IMG/VR virus record: IMGVR_UViG_3300020470_000014
Location: 1 to 52,772 of that record
Length of the DNA stretch: 52,772 nt
Reading direction: 5' to 3' (one strand)
From: a virus
Lineage: Duplodnaviria; Caudoviricetes
Of this stretch, positions 40,551 through 48,399 are shown in pieces. The notes under the pieces were generated by a model. That model was not told the DNA's origin. It did not search any database and saw only the letters and a program-made list of their open reading frames with translations. The first letter of the stretch is position 1. Each line of letters starts with the position of its first letter. A program made the translations under genes and the position numbers.

Positions 40551-40799
40551 CTAAGGTTCACAAAGATCAAGTATATTACCTTCTGACATTAGTCTATGTC
40601 TCTTACCTGTTACTCTTGCCCTATTACTAGCAGTTCTATATGCGGATGCTACATGGTGCATAGTCTGATAGTGTTTCCAATAACCGAATTGGTCTTGGTA
40701 TTCTATATCGACCTTTTGGCTCATTTTTATACCTAGAAAATTTTTTGTGTAAGTAATCTTTGGTTGATTGCTTTCATGTGACTCGTAGTCTCCACTCAT
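40551..40799 (-). CDS. Hypothetical protein (82 aa; alternative start MSQKVDIEY at 40724)
   Basis: ORF track. Confidence 0.6.
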   Translation of the reverse strand: MSGDYESHESNQPKITYTKNFLGIKMSQKVDIEYQDQFGYWKHYQTMHHVASAYRTASNRARVTGKRHRLMSEGNILDLCEP

Positions 40800-40948
40800 A
40801 AAACCATACTGAAAAATTTTTTGAATCCACTTATATTTACTCTCTCGATTTTGGTCCGTTGTAGGTTAGGTTCCCAGTGCGTTTTTAAACATCGCTCAGG
40901 GATCGCTACACATAAGACCGCAAATAACCTGCTCATTTGCTTAACATA

Positions 40949-40977
40949 AGGCTACCACGATTAGAGAGGGATGGCAA
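40949..40977 (-). promoter_or_regulatory. Sigma70-type promoter TTGCCA-17-TAGCCT with extended -10 TG
   Basis: Exact 17-nt spacer and TGn before the -10. Confidence 0.55.
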
Positions 40978-41012
40978 CACCCTCCCCACCACGCATGAGT
41001 TAGCACGAACTG

Positions 41013-41204
41013 CTACACGATTGTAGCATGCTTGCTGTTGACTTTACCACGATTTGTGTTAGTGCGGATGCCCTTAGTTTGTGATAGCACGAGCAGAGAC
41101 TTCCGAGGTTTGGATGCCTTAAGCACTGTGTACTTGATTTGCCCTTTAGCATCAGCAATCGCTAAGTCCAGTTTAGAAGCAGTTCCGAGAGTTGAGAGAT
41201 CCAT
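41013..41204 (-). CDS. Small basic hypothetical protein (early region)
   Basis: ORF track 41013-41225; likely start MDLSTLG at 41204. Confidence 0.6.
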   Translation of the reverse strand: MDLSTLGTASKLDLAIADAKGQIKYTVLKASKPRKSLLVLSQTKGIRTNTNRGKVNSKHATIV

Positions 41205-41247
41205 AATAAAAAAGTGTGTTGACAAAAGTGTTAAAGAGTGGTAGTGC

Positions 41248-41577
41248 TTATGCTACTACCATACCACTAAAGAAAGGGCGGATAGTGTTAGCATGACGAT
41301 TGCTAACGAACCACTGCCACTGCTTCTGAAATACTCCGAGACCATAAGCAAATTCATCGCATAACGCATTGAGTCTGCTCTTAGTTGTATTAGACTGCCA
41401 ACCGCCATCGAATATTGTCAACTCTCTTTTATCATGATCGAATGTAGCAATGTGATTGCCATGTAGGTAAACGGTAGACTCAAGACCATTGTCTGATGTG
41501 AATACTGTGGTGTTACCTGAAGACCAATTTCTTTGTCCTCTGATTGCTTGGTTCATTTGTGCTTCGATCTTTCTCAT
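41248..41577 (-). CDS. Conserved early cyanophage protein (MRKIE...DGGWQSNTTKSRLNAL family)
   Basis: Start at 41577 with AAAGGA RBS, downstream of promoter element 1. Confidence 0.8.
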   Translation of the reverse strand: MRKIEAQMNQAIRGQRNWSSGNTTVFTSDNGLESTVYLHGNHIATFDHDKRELTIFDGGWQSNTTKSRLNALCDEFAYGLGVFQKQWQWFVSNRHANTIRPFFSGMVVA

Positions 41578-41603
41578 GTGTGTCCTTTGTTTGGTATACA
41601 CTT

Positions 41604-41661
41604 ATTATAGGGCATGAGAGACCCTCTGACTGCTTCTAGTGGACACTCTCCCAACTGTCAC
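41604..41661 (-). promoter_or_regulatory. Early promoter element 1 (palindrome + TATAAT)
   Basis: Minus strand GTGACAGTTGGGAGAGTGTCCA, 30 nt, TATAAT. Confidence 0.8.
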
Positions 41662-41715
41662 ATACTGCTCATAATACTCTAAGCACAGCATAGCATTCTG
41701 AAACTCCACAGAGTT

Positions 41716-41744
41716 ATTATACATGCTTCGGGAAAGTGTGGCAA
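41716..41744 (-). promoter_or_regulatory. Sigma70 promoter TTGCCA-17-TATAAT
   Basis: Near-consensus hexamers with an exact 17-nt spacer. Confidence 0.7.
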
Positions 41745-41800
41745 TACTCCGAGGCACTTTGAGACATTTAGAAGTCTTATGTGTGGGTTCGGGGATGTGC

Positions 41801-41829
41801 TTGACATTTTCAGAGTTTTATGGTAGGAT
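41801..41829 (+). promoter_or_regulatory. Plus-strand sigma70 promoter TTGACA-17-TAGGAT (extended -10), divergent from the 41716-41744 promoter
   Basis: Perfect -35, 17-nt spacer, TG-n-TAGGAT; no ORF downstream. Confidence 0.6.
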
Positions 41830-41957
41830 GCACGCCAAGATGACTATAAAAACTCCCCTTAATTATAAAAACTCAAGAGAGAGATAGAGCACGCAACTAT
41901 GTTTTTTTATACCTTTTTTAAATAGCATAAAAAAAGACTCTTCTCTCTCTGAGCACC

Positions 41958-42128
41958 TTAGAGTTCTTGTGCTACCTCTACCTGCTCTTTAAGTTTGAGC
42001 AGGTTATTATACATGATTCCCTTATCAGGATTGCTTACAGTCGCATAGGGTTTGAGCGCTTGAAGCGTTAATAGTTTTATAAGGGATAGTTGCTCATAGG
42101 TAAAAGCGGTTAGTGTATTCTCAGGCAT
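41958..42128 (-). CDS. Hypothetical protein
   Basis: ORF track 41958-42152; likely start MPENTL at 42128. Confidence 0.6.
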   Translation of the reverse strand: MPENTLTAFTYEQLSLIKLLTLQALKPYATVSNPDKGIMYNNLLKLKEQVEVAQEL

Positions 42129-42300
42129 TAAACTGTCCGAGGTTCTCAACATAAACGCTTTTCACTCTCTCCTTATGTCTCAGTTCTAAAAGTTCCTTCC
42201 AATTCCATTCACTAGGGCGTACACAGTTCTTATCGTCTACGGTAAAATCAAGTGTAACACGGTAGCGGGTAAACGTGTTCTTTTTTGTTTTGAGTGACAT
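42121..42300 (-). CDS. Hypothetical protein (TRYRVTLDFTVD...WNW family)
   Basis: ORF track; likely start MSLKT at 42300, downstream of the sigma70 promoter at 42336-42364. Confidence 0.7.
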   Translation of the reverse strand: MSLKTKKNTFTRYRVTLDFTVDDKNCVRPSEWNWKELLELRHKERVKSVYVENLGQFNA

Positions 42301-42335
42301 GAGCGTTGAAAGCAATGGGATAAAACTAACACTTT

Positions 42336-42364
42336 ATTTTATACCTTAGAGTGCTTATTGTCAA
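42336..42364 (-). promoter_or_regulatory. Sigma70 promoter TTGACA-17-TAAAAT
   Basis: Perfect -35 and exact 17-nt spacer. Confidence 0.75.
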
Positions 42365-42479
42365 TAGGATACCCATAATAAATCAGCACCTCCTGATATA
42401 ATGCCTCACTATCTCTGTAAGATAGCATTGCATATTTATTGGTTCGGGTCGCTGTTTCTTCCCTCATGTTTGCAGTCAT
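42339..42479 (-). CDS. Small hypothetical protein (46 aa)
   Basis: Hand-translated MTANMREETATRTNKY...; fills the gap. Confidence 0.45.
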   Translation of the reverse strand: MTANMREETATRTNKYAMLSYRDSEALYQEVLIYYGYPIDNKHSKV

Positions 42480-42585
42480 AATGAATTAAAGTCTGTTGTA
42501 AGTTTAAAATTTTGGGCGCGGCGTCAGACTCACAAATAATGTAAGTTCTCTCTCTAGTCTTAATATCGGAGGCAAGTCTAATCAT
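42436..42585 (-). CDS. Small hypothetical protein (49 aa)
   Basis: Hand-translated MIRLASDIKTRERTYIICES...; ATGA-coupled to the upstream gene. Confidence 0.5.
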   Translation of the reverse strand: MIRLASDIKTRERTYIICESDAAPKILNLQQTLIHYDCKHEGRNSDPNQ

Positions 42586-42875
42586 TTTGAGTATAATGTC
42601 CCCACGTTAGATTGTATAAAGTCCTTGGTATCTTGTACCGTGGGAAATGTTCTTAATCGGGATAGGATTAAAACCTGTTCCCCTTCTTCTAACTGTTGGG
42701 GCATATACTTGTAAAGGATAAATCCCTCGCCGTCAATGTTAGTGCAGATTTGACCAAAAAGCATTTCATTAAAGAAAATCCACTCCTTATGCCATACCTT
42801 TTCATTCGGGTCTAGGCGATAGGTGACATCGAACTCAGGGCGGTTCGGTGCTACTTGGGGGTTGTAGATTACCAT
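42582..42875 (-). CDS. Hypothetical protein (97 aa)
   Basis: ORF track. Confidence 0.7.
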   Translation of the reverse strand: MVIYNPQVAPNRPEFDVTYRLDPNEKVWHKEWIFFNEMLFGQICTNIDGEGFILYKYMPQQLEEGEQVLILSRLRTFPTVQDTKDFIQSNVGTLYSK

Positions 42876-42884
42876 GAGTGAGAA

Positions 42885-43073
42885 TTAATAAAGAGAGTCG
42901 ATTTTAGACTGGATAGAGGCAACACGGTCAGCAACTGGAATGCCTCCGATTAACTCATCTTCCGCAGCGTCAGGGTCATCATAAGCGATATAATCCTCAA
43001 GTGCAGCAGCAATGGTATCCAATTCTGCATCGGTGAAAAATTCTCTGATTGTTTCGATTGATGATAGTGACAT
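42885..43073 (-). CDS. Small acidic hypothetical protein (62 aa)
   Basis: ORF track; first gene after promoter element 2. Confidence 0.75.
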   Translation of the reverse strand: MSLSSIETIREFFTDAELDTIAAALEDYIAYDDPDAAEDELIGGIPVADRVASIQSKIDSLY

Positions 43074-43095
43074 GACTTTTTTAATTGATGTTTTT

Positions 43096-43153
43096 AGTAT
43101 AAGGGACTATTAGGGAAATTGGGGAAAGTGTGTGCCACTTTATGGGCAGTCAC
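43096..43153 (-). promoter_or_regulatory. Early promoter element 2
   Basis: Palindrome 43132-43153 (gtgcc-N12-gtcac), 30 nt, TATACT at 43096-43101. Confidence 0.75.
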
Positions 43154-43307
43154 CATACTCACCCATAAGGCACTTGCCGTACATAACCTTAGCATATCCG
43201 TACTCTTGAGAGAGATCATAGCAAGAATCCCAACACTCATCAAGAGTAGCAAAGGTTTGATTTTCGAATGGTGCAGCGGGCACCTCAACTGTGTAATTAA
43301 CTTTCAT
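43140..43307 (-). CDS. Small hypothetical protein (55 aa), probably leaderless
   Basis: Start MKVNYTVEV lies 6 nt downstream of the -10 of element 3. Confidence 0.7.
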   Translation of the reverse strand: MKVNYTVEVPAAPFENQTFATLDECWDSCYDLSQEYGYAKVMYGKCLMGEYGDCP

Positions 43308-43313
43308 ACTATT

Positions 43314-43372
43314 AGTATGACACATAATCGGGTCATTTTCAATAGGTCTTATGCCTCTTTAATGAGTGGCAC
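43314..43372 (-). promoter_or_regulatory. Early promoter element 3
   Basis: Palindrome 43351-43372, 8 nt, TTGAAA, 17 nt, CATACT. Confidence 0.75.
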
Positions 43373-43388
43373 AAGACCCCTTGCCAGA

Positions 43389-43781
43389 TTAATACTTAAT
43401 CATCTTATTATCCATAAGGATAACAGTATAGAATTTCTTTAAAAGATTTCTGTACTTGATTGTCAACATGTCGTAATTTGCATCCTTAACAAAAGCAATG
43501 TAGGATACAGTTGAAAATTTTGTTTTGTCGATATGGATTGCTTTATAGTCATCGGCGCTAATGTCATCCTGTGGAACATCGTAGACAACTTTGCCTACTA
43601 CAGTACCATGAATAAGGATATTTGCGAATGCTCCTCTCTGGTCGTATAAGTGATGCAAACTAACACCATTCTTCCAACTACCCTGACCATAGCAGTCAAT
43701 TTGAGTGAGTAGTAATTTCTGATATGTATCTAACCTTACTGTCTTGTTAGAGTGTTTTGCTAATACTGTTGAGAATGGCAT
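43389..43781 (-). CDS. Hypothetical protein (130 aa)
   Basis: ORF track; single-gene unit between elements 4 and 3. Confidence 0.7.
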   Translation of the reverse strand: MPFSTVLAKHSNKTVRLDTYQKLLLTQIDCYGQGSWKNGVSLHHLYDQRGAFANILIHGTVVGKVVYDVPQDDISADDYKAIHIDKTKFSTVSYIAFVKDANYDMLTIKYRNLLKKFYTVILMDNKMIKY

Positions 43782-43805
43782 AGTGCTTTATGTGTTGTTA
43801 TATTC

Positions 43806-43863
43806 ATTATAACTTAGTGGCACCTGTATTCATTACATTATGTGCCACTAATCAAACTGTCAC
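43806..43863 (-). promoter_or_regulatory. Early promoter element 4
   Basis: Palindrome 43842-43863, 30 nt, TATAAT; extra inverted half-site ttagtggcac at 43814-43823. Confidence 0.85.
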
Positions 43864-44028
43864 TTATGTGCTTGACTTGTGATAAAATCTCTCGTCTAAT
43901 TCTAAATTGTCGATGACAGATTTGGTTGCTTCCATTAAGTCTTCATCGTCAATTTCGAAGTCGGCAAACTCTACCAACTCATAGATTTTATTATACAAGT
44001 AATTGAACTGTTCAAAATTGCACTTCAT
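43864..44028 (-). CDS. Small acidic hypothetical protein (54 aa)
   Basis: Hand-translated MKCNFEQFNYLYNKIYEL...; ATGA-coupled. Confidence 0.7.
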   Translation of the reverse strand: MKCNFEQFNYLYNKIYELVEFADFEIDDEDLMEATKSVIDNLELDERFYHKSST

Positions 44029-44201
44029 AAGTATGTCACCTTAGCATTAATGATTGCATCAAATAGATTATCGAATGTTTGAACATCGAAGTCATCCGCC
44101 TCATTTAATGTGTCAAGGATTTGCTCCTGTGAGCACATGATGTTATAGAGGTGCTGATACTGACTTTTAGTGAGATCAATGTTAAGTCCTTTTCTTGCCA
44201 T
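44025..44201 (-). CDS. Small hypothetical protein (58 aa)
   Basis: Hand-translated MARKGLNIDLTKSQYQHL...; follows element 5. Confidence 0.7.
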   Translation of the reverse strand: MARKGLNIDLTKSQYQHLYNIMCSQEQILDTLNEADDFDVQTFDNLFDAIINAKVTYL

Positions 44202-44228
44202 GATGTTTGAATGATTGTTTATATGTTT

Positions 44229-44286
44229 ATTGTAGATGCTATTATAAGCAAATAGGATAATAGTATGACGGTTTTTTGATTGTCAC
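44229..44286 (-). promoter_or_regulatory. Early promoter element 5
   Basis: Palindrome atgac-N12-gtcac 44265-44286, 30 nt, TACAAT. Confidence 0.7.
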
Positions 44287-44495
44287 TCAGCATAGTTTAC
44301 TCCGTCAAATACTCTTAACTCTGTGGTATAGTTGACTAACTGCTCAAACCCATCTTCTGAAATTTTGATTTCTTTGAGCAACTCAGGCGATGCACATTCA
44401 TTAAGGTAAGTGACCATGTACTCAAGTTGCTCGAGTGCTTCAATGCTGAAACCGTGCTTTGCTTCGATTTCTGTAATGTCTGGAAATTGGTGCAT
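44283..44495 (-). CDS. Hypothetical protein (70 aa)
   Basis: ORF track; stop codon lies inside the element 5 palindrome. Confidence 0.7.
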   Translation of the reverse strand: MHQFPDITEIEAKHGFSIEALEQLEYMVTYLNECASPELLKEIKISEDGFEQLVNYTTELRVFDGVNYAE

Positions 44496-44580
44496 TTAAG
44501 TTAATGAATGAAAAATGATTATCAGGTTAAAAGGTATCCCTAAGCAGTTGTGAATGTTTAGCAATTAACCTGATACTATT

Positions 44581-44638
44581 ATTATAACTTAGTGACACAT
44601 GTATTTGCTACATCATGTGACACTAATAAAACTGTCCT
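44581..44638 (-). promoter_or_regulatory. Early promoter element 6
   Basis: Palindrome 44617-44638, 30 nt, TATAAT; near-copy of element 4. Confidence 0.85.
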
Positions 44639-44792
44639 AATGGTTCTTGACAAGATAATCGCCAGTTTGTATTCTCTCAAATACTGCTGTTTGTTCATCA
44701 GTCAAATCGAAATCCATATCTCTGAGAATATCCCAAAGTTTAATCATTTGATATGACTCATCAAAAGAGATTGGCACATTAATCACTGGCAT
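44637..44792 (-). CDS. Small hypothetical protein (51 aa)
   Basis: Hand-translated MPVINVPISFDESYQMIKLWDILRDMDF...; GAGGA RBS. Confidence 0.7.
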   Translation of the reverse strand: MPVINVPISFDESYQMIKLWDILRDMDFDLTDEQTAVFERIQTGDYLVKNH

Positions 44793-44962
44793 AAGTCCTC
44801 AAACATTTTCTGTGCTAATCCTTCAATAGCGTCTCTAGTGCCTTTGTCTAGCACAAGCAATTCATCCAACTCTTTTTGAGTTAATTTGTTACTGACTCTG
44901 AACTCTTCTTCAGCGTCAACTAGGCAAGTCTCTAGAATTGCCTCATGATGTAAAACTGACAT
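44783..44962 (-). CDS. Small hypothetical protein (59 aa, MSVLHHEAILETC family)
   Basis: Hand-translated; AAGGAG RBS; follows element 7. Confidence 0.75.
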   Translation of the reverse strand: MSVLHHEAILETCLVDAEEEFRVSNKLTQKELDELLVLDKGTRDAIEGLAQKMFEDLCQ

Positions 44963-44987
44963 AAGTTCTCCTTTTGTTTATATTACT

Positions 44988-45045
44988 ATTATAGAGCAAA
45001 TAACTCACTTATTTGCTTCTAGTGTGACAGTAATTAAATTGTCCT
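44988..45045 (-). promoter_or_regulatory. Early promoter element 7
   Basis: Palindrome 45024-45045, 30 nt, TATAAT; 9-bp hairpin agcaaataa/ttatttgct in the spacer. Confidence 0.8.
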
Positions 45046-45346
45046 AACGAACAGCATAAACTGTATCTAAATTCTGATTTTCAACACTTGCTGAACCATA
45101 ATCAGTTGCCCACTCTATACAACTTTTCTTCGCTGTTTTCAAATCATTTGTATAATGCTCATGATACCCAAGCGGATGATCTGGAACTATGATAGTATAA
45201 GCAAACTTGTTTCTAGGATGATTTGGTTCTCTTTTTAAATTCTCACGTTGAATGATCTTTAATTGCTCTAGTGACTTTTCAAGTAATTCCCTAGTTGATA
45301 GATCATCGTATCTAGGTGATGGGTTATCAAAAATTAGTTTGTCCAT
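45044..45346 (-). CDS. Hypothetical protein (about 100 aa)
   Basis: ORF track 45044-45382; likely start MDKLIF at 45346, because the longer start overlaps the promoter. Confidence 0.7.
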   Translation of the reverse strand: MDKLIFDNPSPRYDDLSTRELLEKSLEQLKIIQRENLKREPNHPRNKFAYTIIVPDHPLGYHEHYTNDLKTAKKSCIEWATDYGSASVENQNLDTVYAVR

Positions 45347-45370
45347 TAAATTTTTGTTTGTTATGTACTC

Positions 45371-45428
45371 ATTATAGAGCAAATAACAAACAAAAATATA
45401 ACTTATGTGCCACTAATGAAAGTGTCAC
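45371..45428 (-). promoter_or_regulatory. Early promoter element 8
   Basis: Palindrome 45407-45428, 30 nt, TATAAT. Confidence 0.85.
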
Positions 45429-45431
45429 AAA

Positions 45432-45665
45432 CTACCTTGCCAAATACTTTGTTTCAGTCAACAATCGTTGCCATTCACTTTCTTCGCCATAATGATTAAC
45501 GATTTCATCCTGAAGTTCGGCATCATTGCACTTACTGTAATAGTCATAAATTTGATCGTAGGCGATTTGGCATAGTGTATCCAAATCCATATTATCAACT
45601 ACCTCATTAGCAAATTTATCACAAATTGCTTCGAATTGAGGCAGGGGCAGTTTGTAATTAGTCAT
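45432..45665 (-). CDS. Hypothetical acidic protein (VVDNMDLDTL family)
   Basis: ORF track 45432-45731; likely start MTNYKLP at 45665. Confidence 0.7.
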   Translation of the reverse strand: MTNYKLPLPQFEAICDKFANEVVDNMDLDTLCQIAYDQIYDYYSKCNDAELQDEIVNHYGEESEWQRLLTETKYLAR

Positions 45666-45918
45666 CGTAGCAAGTCTCCAGTTTGGCATAGATTGAGTCA
45701 ATTTCAGCAGGCAATTTGTTCTCGGGAACATCAGTCAAGGCAGCATCCAAATAGTAAAGAATAGTGCTGACTTCGCCTTCCGTGAATGTAATTACATGCT
45801 CACGGTTAAGTTCATCTTCCGTGGGTAATCCGTCACCATACTCTAATCCCTCGGATTGAGATTCATACCAAAATTTATCCCACTCTTTTGGGTTGTTGGT
45901 AACATCCTCGATTCGCAT
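45658..45918 (-). CDS. Hypothetical protein (86 aa)
   Basis: ORF track; GGAGG RBS, TAATG-coupled. Confidence 0.7.
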   Translation of the reverse strand: MRIEDVTNNPKEWDKFWYESQSEGLEYGDGLPTEDELNREHVITFTEGEVSTILYYLDAALTDVPENKLPAEIDSIYAKLETCYDD

Positions 45919-46052
45919 TAATCTGCCTCCAGATTGAAAGTAATTTCAAATTCAGTAGTAAAATCTTGATAGTCGGTAATGACAAGAGGGCAGATATTTA
46001 ACCACTCTTGAAAATCTTTGTACCGTTGCTCTAATTCCTGTTCTCTAGTCAT
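45918..46052 (-). CDS. Small hypothetical protein (44 aa)
   Basis: Hand-translated MTREQELEQRYKDFQEWLNICP... Confidence 0.7.
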   Translation of the reverse strand: MTREQELEQRYKDFQEWLNICPLVITDYQDFTTEFEITFNLEAD

Positions 46053-46380
46053 CGGTTCCAATCTCCTCAAGTGATTTCATAATTGTAACAGTACGATTAA
46101 TTAATGACTCCCTACAATCTAACAAGTCGCCATCATTTAATTCTCTTAATGAAGTGTTTAGTTCCTCGGTCTCATTCCAAGCATCCTCGATTAAGATAGG
46201 GTTAGAACCATCCGAGAATTGTTGTAGTCTCTCGACTACTTCCTCGAAAGAAAAATCTCTGTTGATGGCATTATCACCAAAGGCAATTTCAAAAACGTCT
46301 TCAATAAATTGGTCTTTTGTCATAGTACGAATTGTAAGTTTATCAAGTTGTTTAAACGTATCTTTAAAAAGTTCTTCCAT
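46045..46380 (-). CDS. Hypothetical protein (FEIAFGDNAINRDFS family)
   Basis: ORF track. Confidence 0.7.
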   Translation of the reverse strand: MEELFKDTFKQLDKLTIRTMTKDQFIEDVFEIAFGDNAINRDFSFEEVVERLQQFSDGSNPILIEDAWNETEELNTSLRELNDGDLLDCRESLINRTVTIMKSLEEIGTDD

Positions 46381-46382
46381 GA

Positions 46383-46580
46383 TTAAAAAGGATTTGTCCA
46401 GTTATATGCTTGATAGTCACTTACATAACCATCTTTATTGAGCATGTCAACAAAGTTATTCCAGTCCTCACGTTTAGCAACTACATCACCTCTTAAACTT
46501 GGGTTATGTGCTACTGCCACATTCCAGTTGTAACGAAACTGTGCTAGGACTGCTGCTTTAGTTGCTTTCCACTTTGCCAT
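46383..46580 (-). CDS. Small early protein ending WTNPF (65 aa)
   Basis: ORF track; AAGGAG RBS; follows element 9. Confidence 0.8.
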   Translation of the reverse strand: MAKWKATKAAVLAQFRYNWNVAVAHNPSLRGDVVAKREDWNNFVDMLNKDGYVSDYQAYNWTNPF

Positions 46581-46611
46581 TTTGAAAAAACTCCTTTGTT
46601 TGTATGTTCTT

Positions 46612-46668
46612 ATTATAATGGATCATTGATCCAAATCAACGAATAGTGGACACTAATAGAACTGTCAC
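46612..46668 (-). promoter_or_regulatory. Early promoter element 9
   Basis: Palindrome 46647-46668, TTGATT, TATAAT; tggatca/tgatcca hairpin in the spacer. Confidence 0.85.
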
Positions 46669-46682
46669 AGAAGTTATTGCCT

Positions 46683-46973
46683 TTATACCATACACTGCTC
46701 AAGAATTGATAAGTTCAAAGGCATAGCAGTATATGGCGAAGTGTCCTCTATTCTGACTTGTTTTCCTTTTCTTTTTGAATTGATAGGGGCGAAGTAATCG
46801 CCTCTCTTATAGTCGTAGAATCCCCAGATACAACTAGTTTTGCTACCAGAATTGTAAACAAACTCACGGTCAAATACAATCCAAATTGAGCATAAATTAG
46901 ACGTTTTGGTGTGAAATTCATAGTGATAACCTTTTGGTGCTGTGTGTGGGAAATTAAAACTATTATCGAACAT
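46683..46973 (-). CDS. Conserved cyanophage hypothetical protein (FPH.APKGY...IWGF...PIN...TSPYTAM family)
   Basis: ORF track 46683-47006; likely start MFDNSF at 46973. Confidence 0.75.
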   Translation of the reverse strand: MFDNSFNFPHTAPKGYHYEFHTKTSNLCSIWIVFDREFVYNSGSKTSCIWGFYDYKRGDYFAPINSKRKGKQVRIEDTSPYTAMPLNLSILEQCMV

Positions 46974-47379
46974 ATAGGTAACCACCTGCCCAGTCTGCCC
47001 TTTCAAAGCATAGTTTTCTGCTCTTATCGTCTAACAAGTTGTAGCGGATGCCATTTGGTTGCGGTTTAGTCCATGATGCCGCTTTATGAACATCACCAGT
47101 ATTAGCATCAACAAAGCAATGAACAGATTGACTGCCGTCGTTTTTATGAATTACCTTAAGAAACTTACGCCCTTTCTTGATATAAAACTCATGATCTACG
47201 CCACTAAGGTTAATCTCTCTTATTTGTCTAATATGGTAAAGTTCATCATTTCCACTACTTGATATAATTGACCTATGATGCCATTTAATTTGATCTTCTT
47301 TAATTTTCTCATAAAGAATGTCACACAATTCTAGAGTGTGATTAAAGACTTGCTCTTTTTGAGTGGTTGTAGTTGACAT
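46963..47379 (-). CDS. Conserved marine phage early protein (GRKFLKV...SVHCFVD..TGDV.KAASW..P family)
   Basis: ORF track; motif recognised. Confidence 0.8.
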   Translation of the reverse strand: MSTTTTQKEQVFNHTLELCDILYEKIKEDQIKWHHRSIISSSGNDELYHIRQIREINLSGVDHEFYIKKGRKFLKVIHKNDGSQSVHCFVDANTGDVHKAASWTKPQPNGIRYNLLDDKSRKLCFERADWAGGYLYVR

Positions 47380-47398
47380 AATAAAAAAGAAAATAAGA

Positions 47399-47650
47399 TT
47401 AACAAGCGCAGCAGAGTGCGGAATTAAAAAGTTGGGGAATAGTGTGAAGTTCAGTCACCTCATAACCATAACCCTCTACTCGGGAATCAATTTCATAATC
47501 CATGTCCTTACGGTTGATGTATCGCTTGGACTGTAAATCCTTACCGAAAGTAACAGTTTTGTAGATCAATCGTTGACTGATAGTTCCATCAGCATAGGTG
47601 ACAGGGTAAAAATCAACTTTGATCGTACCGCATTTTGAAACTAGTTGCAT
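47399..47650 (-). CDS. Hypothetical protein (83 aa)
   Basis: ORF track; follows element 10. Confidence 0.75.
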   Translation of the reverse strand: MQLVSKCGTIKVDFYPVTYADGTISQRLIYKTVTFGKDLQSKRYINRKDMDYEIDSRVEGYGYEVTELHTIPQLFNSALCCAC

Positions 47651-47673
47651 GATGAAATCCCTTTGACTCTTTT

Positions 47674-47730
47674 ATTATAGGGTATGGCGGGTCGCCTGGC
47701 GCCTCTGGTGGACTGTTTGGGAACTGTCAC
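47674..47730 (-). promoter_or_regulatory. Early promoter element 10
   Basis: Palindrome 47709-47730, 29 nt, TATAAT. Confidence 0.75.
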
Positions 47731-47760
47731 ACCATCGGTTGCCATTCTAAAATAACAATT

Positions 47761-48096
47761 TTACAAGTAAGTTACTTCGCCATTCTCAACTGCTTCCATG
47801 TATTCACACATATCACTATGTGCCTTCTCTTTATTGTCATTATTTTCTTTCCATGTCAAATCTTTATAAATTTCTAACAATTTACATAGATTCAATCCCT
47901 CTAGGTCAGTCCAGTTACCAACATACTCTAATTGACTTTCATCATATCCACCGCCTTTTAATGATGGCGCTGTGATAAACTCAAATGCAATGTCAATGAA
48001 AAAATGTCTACCGAACTCTTTACTTTCTACTGTTTGAAGTGGTAAAAACTTACCATGCTTATCGTTTAGATAGTCTTTAAAAATGTAAGTTCTCAT
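47761..48096 (-). CDS. Hypothetical protein (111 aa)
   Basis: ORF track; TAATG-coupled. Confidence 0.75.
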   Translation of the reverse strand: MRTYIFKDYLNDKHGKFLPLQTVESKEFGRHFFIDIAFEFITAPSLKGGGYDESQLEYVGNWTDLEGLNLCKLLEIYKDLTWKENNDNKEKAHSDMCEYMEAVENGEVTYL

Positions 48097-48317
48097 TAAA
48101 CTGCTCCATAAATTTGGTTCATTAAGTCACGGACTCTTTCTCTGTCTAGTGAATCACCATCACCCCAAGTGAATAGTGGATTACCAGTAGCACATTGATC
48201 TAGGTAGGAAAGAGTAGCAAAAGCAATCTGTTCTTTAGTCCTATTGTTCTCAGGATAGATGCCGCCTTTACCGTAGAAACTAAAGACGTACTCAATAAAT
48301 TCTTGAAAGTTTTGCAT
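48096..48317 (-). CDS. Conserved hypothetical protein (YVFSFYG..GIYP...GDSLDRERVRD family)
   Basis: ORF track; follows element 11. Confidence 0.8.
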   Translation of the reverse strand: MQNFQEFIEYVFSFYGKGGIYPENNRTKEQIAFATLSYLDQCATGNPLFTWGDGDSLDRERVRDLMNQIYGAV

Positions 48318-48341
48318 AATGCTTTATTGGTTGTTATTCTT

Positions 48342-48399
48342 ATTATAGTCCTATGTGTTCACTTATGGTGATACTGTGTGCCACTAATAAAACTGGCAC
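48342..48399 (-). promoter_or_regulatory. Early promoter element 11
   Basis: Palindrome gtgccactaataaaactggcac 48378-48399, 30 nt, TATAAT. Confidence 0.85.

Noticed and set aside
41219-41247. Plus-strand TTGACA at 41219
   Set aside because: The hexamer 17 nt downstream (TAGTGC) lacks the conserved final T, so it is too weak to call.
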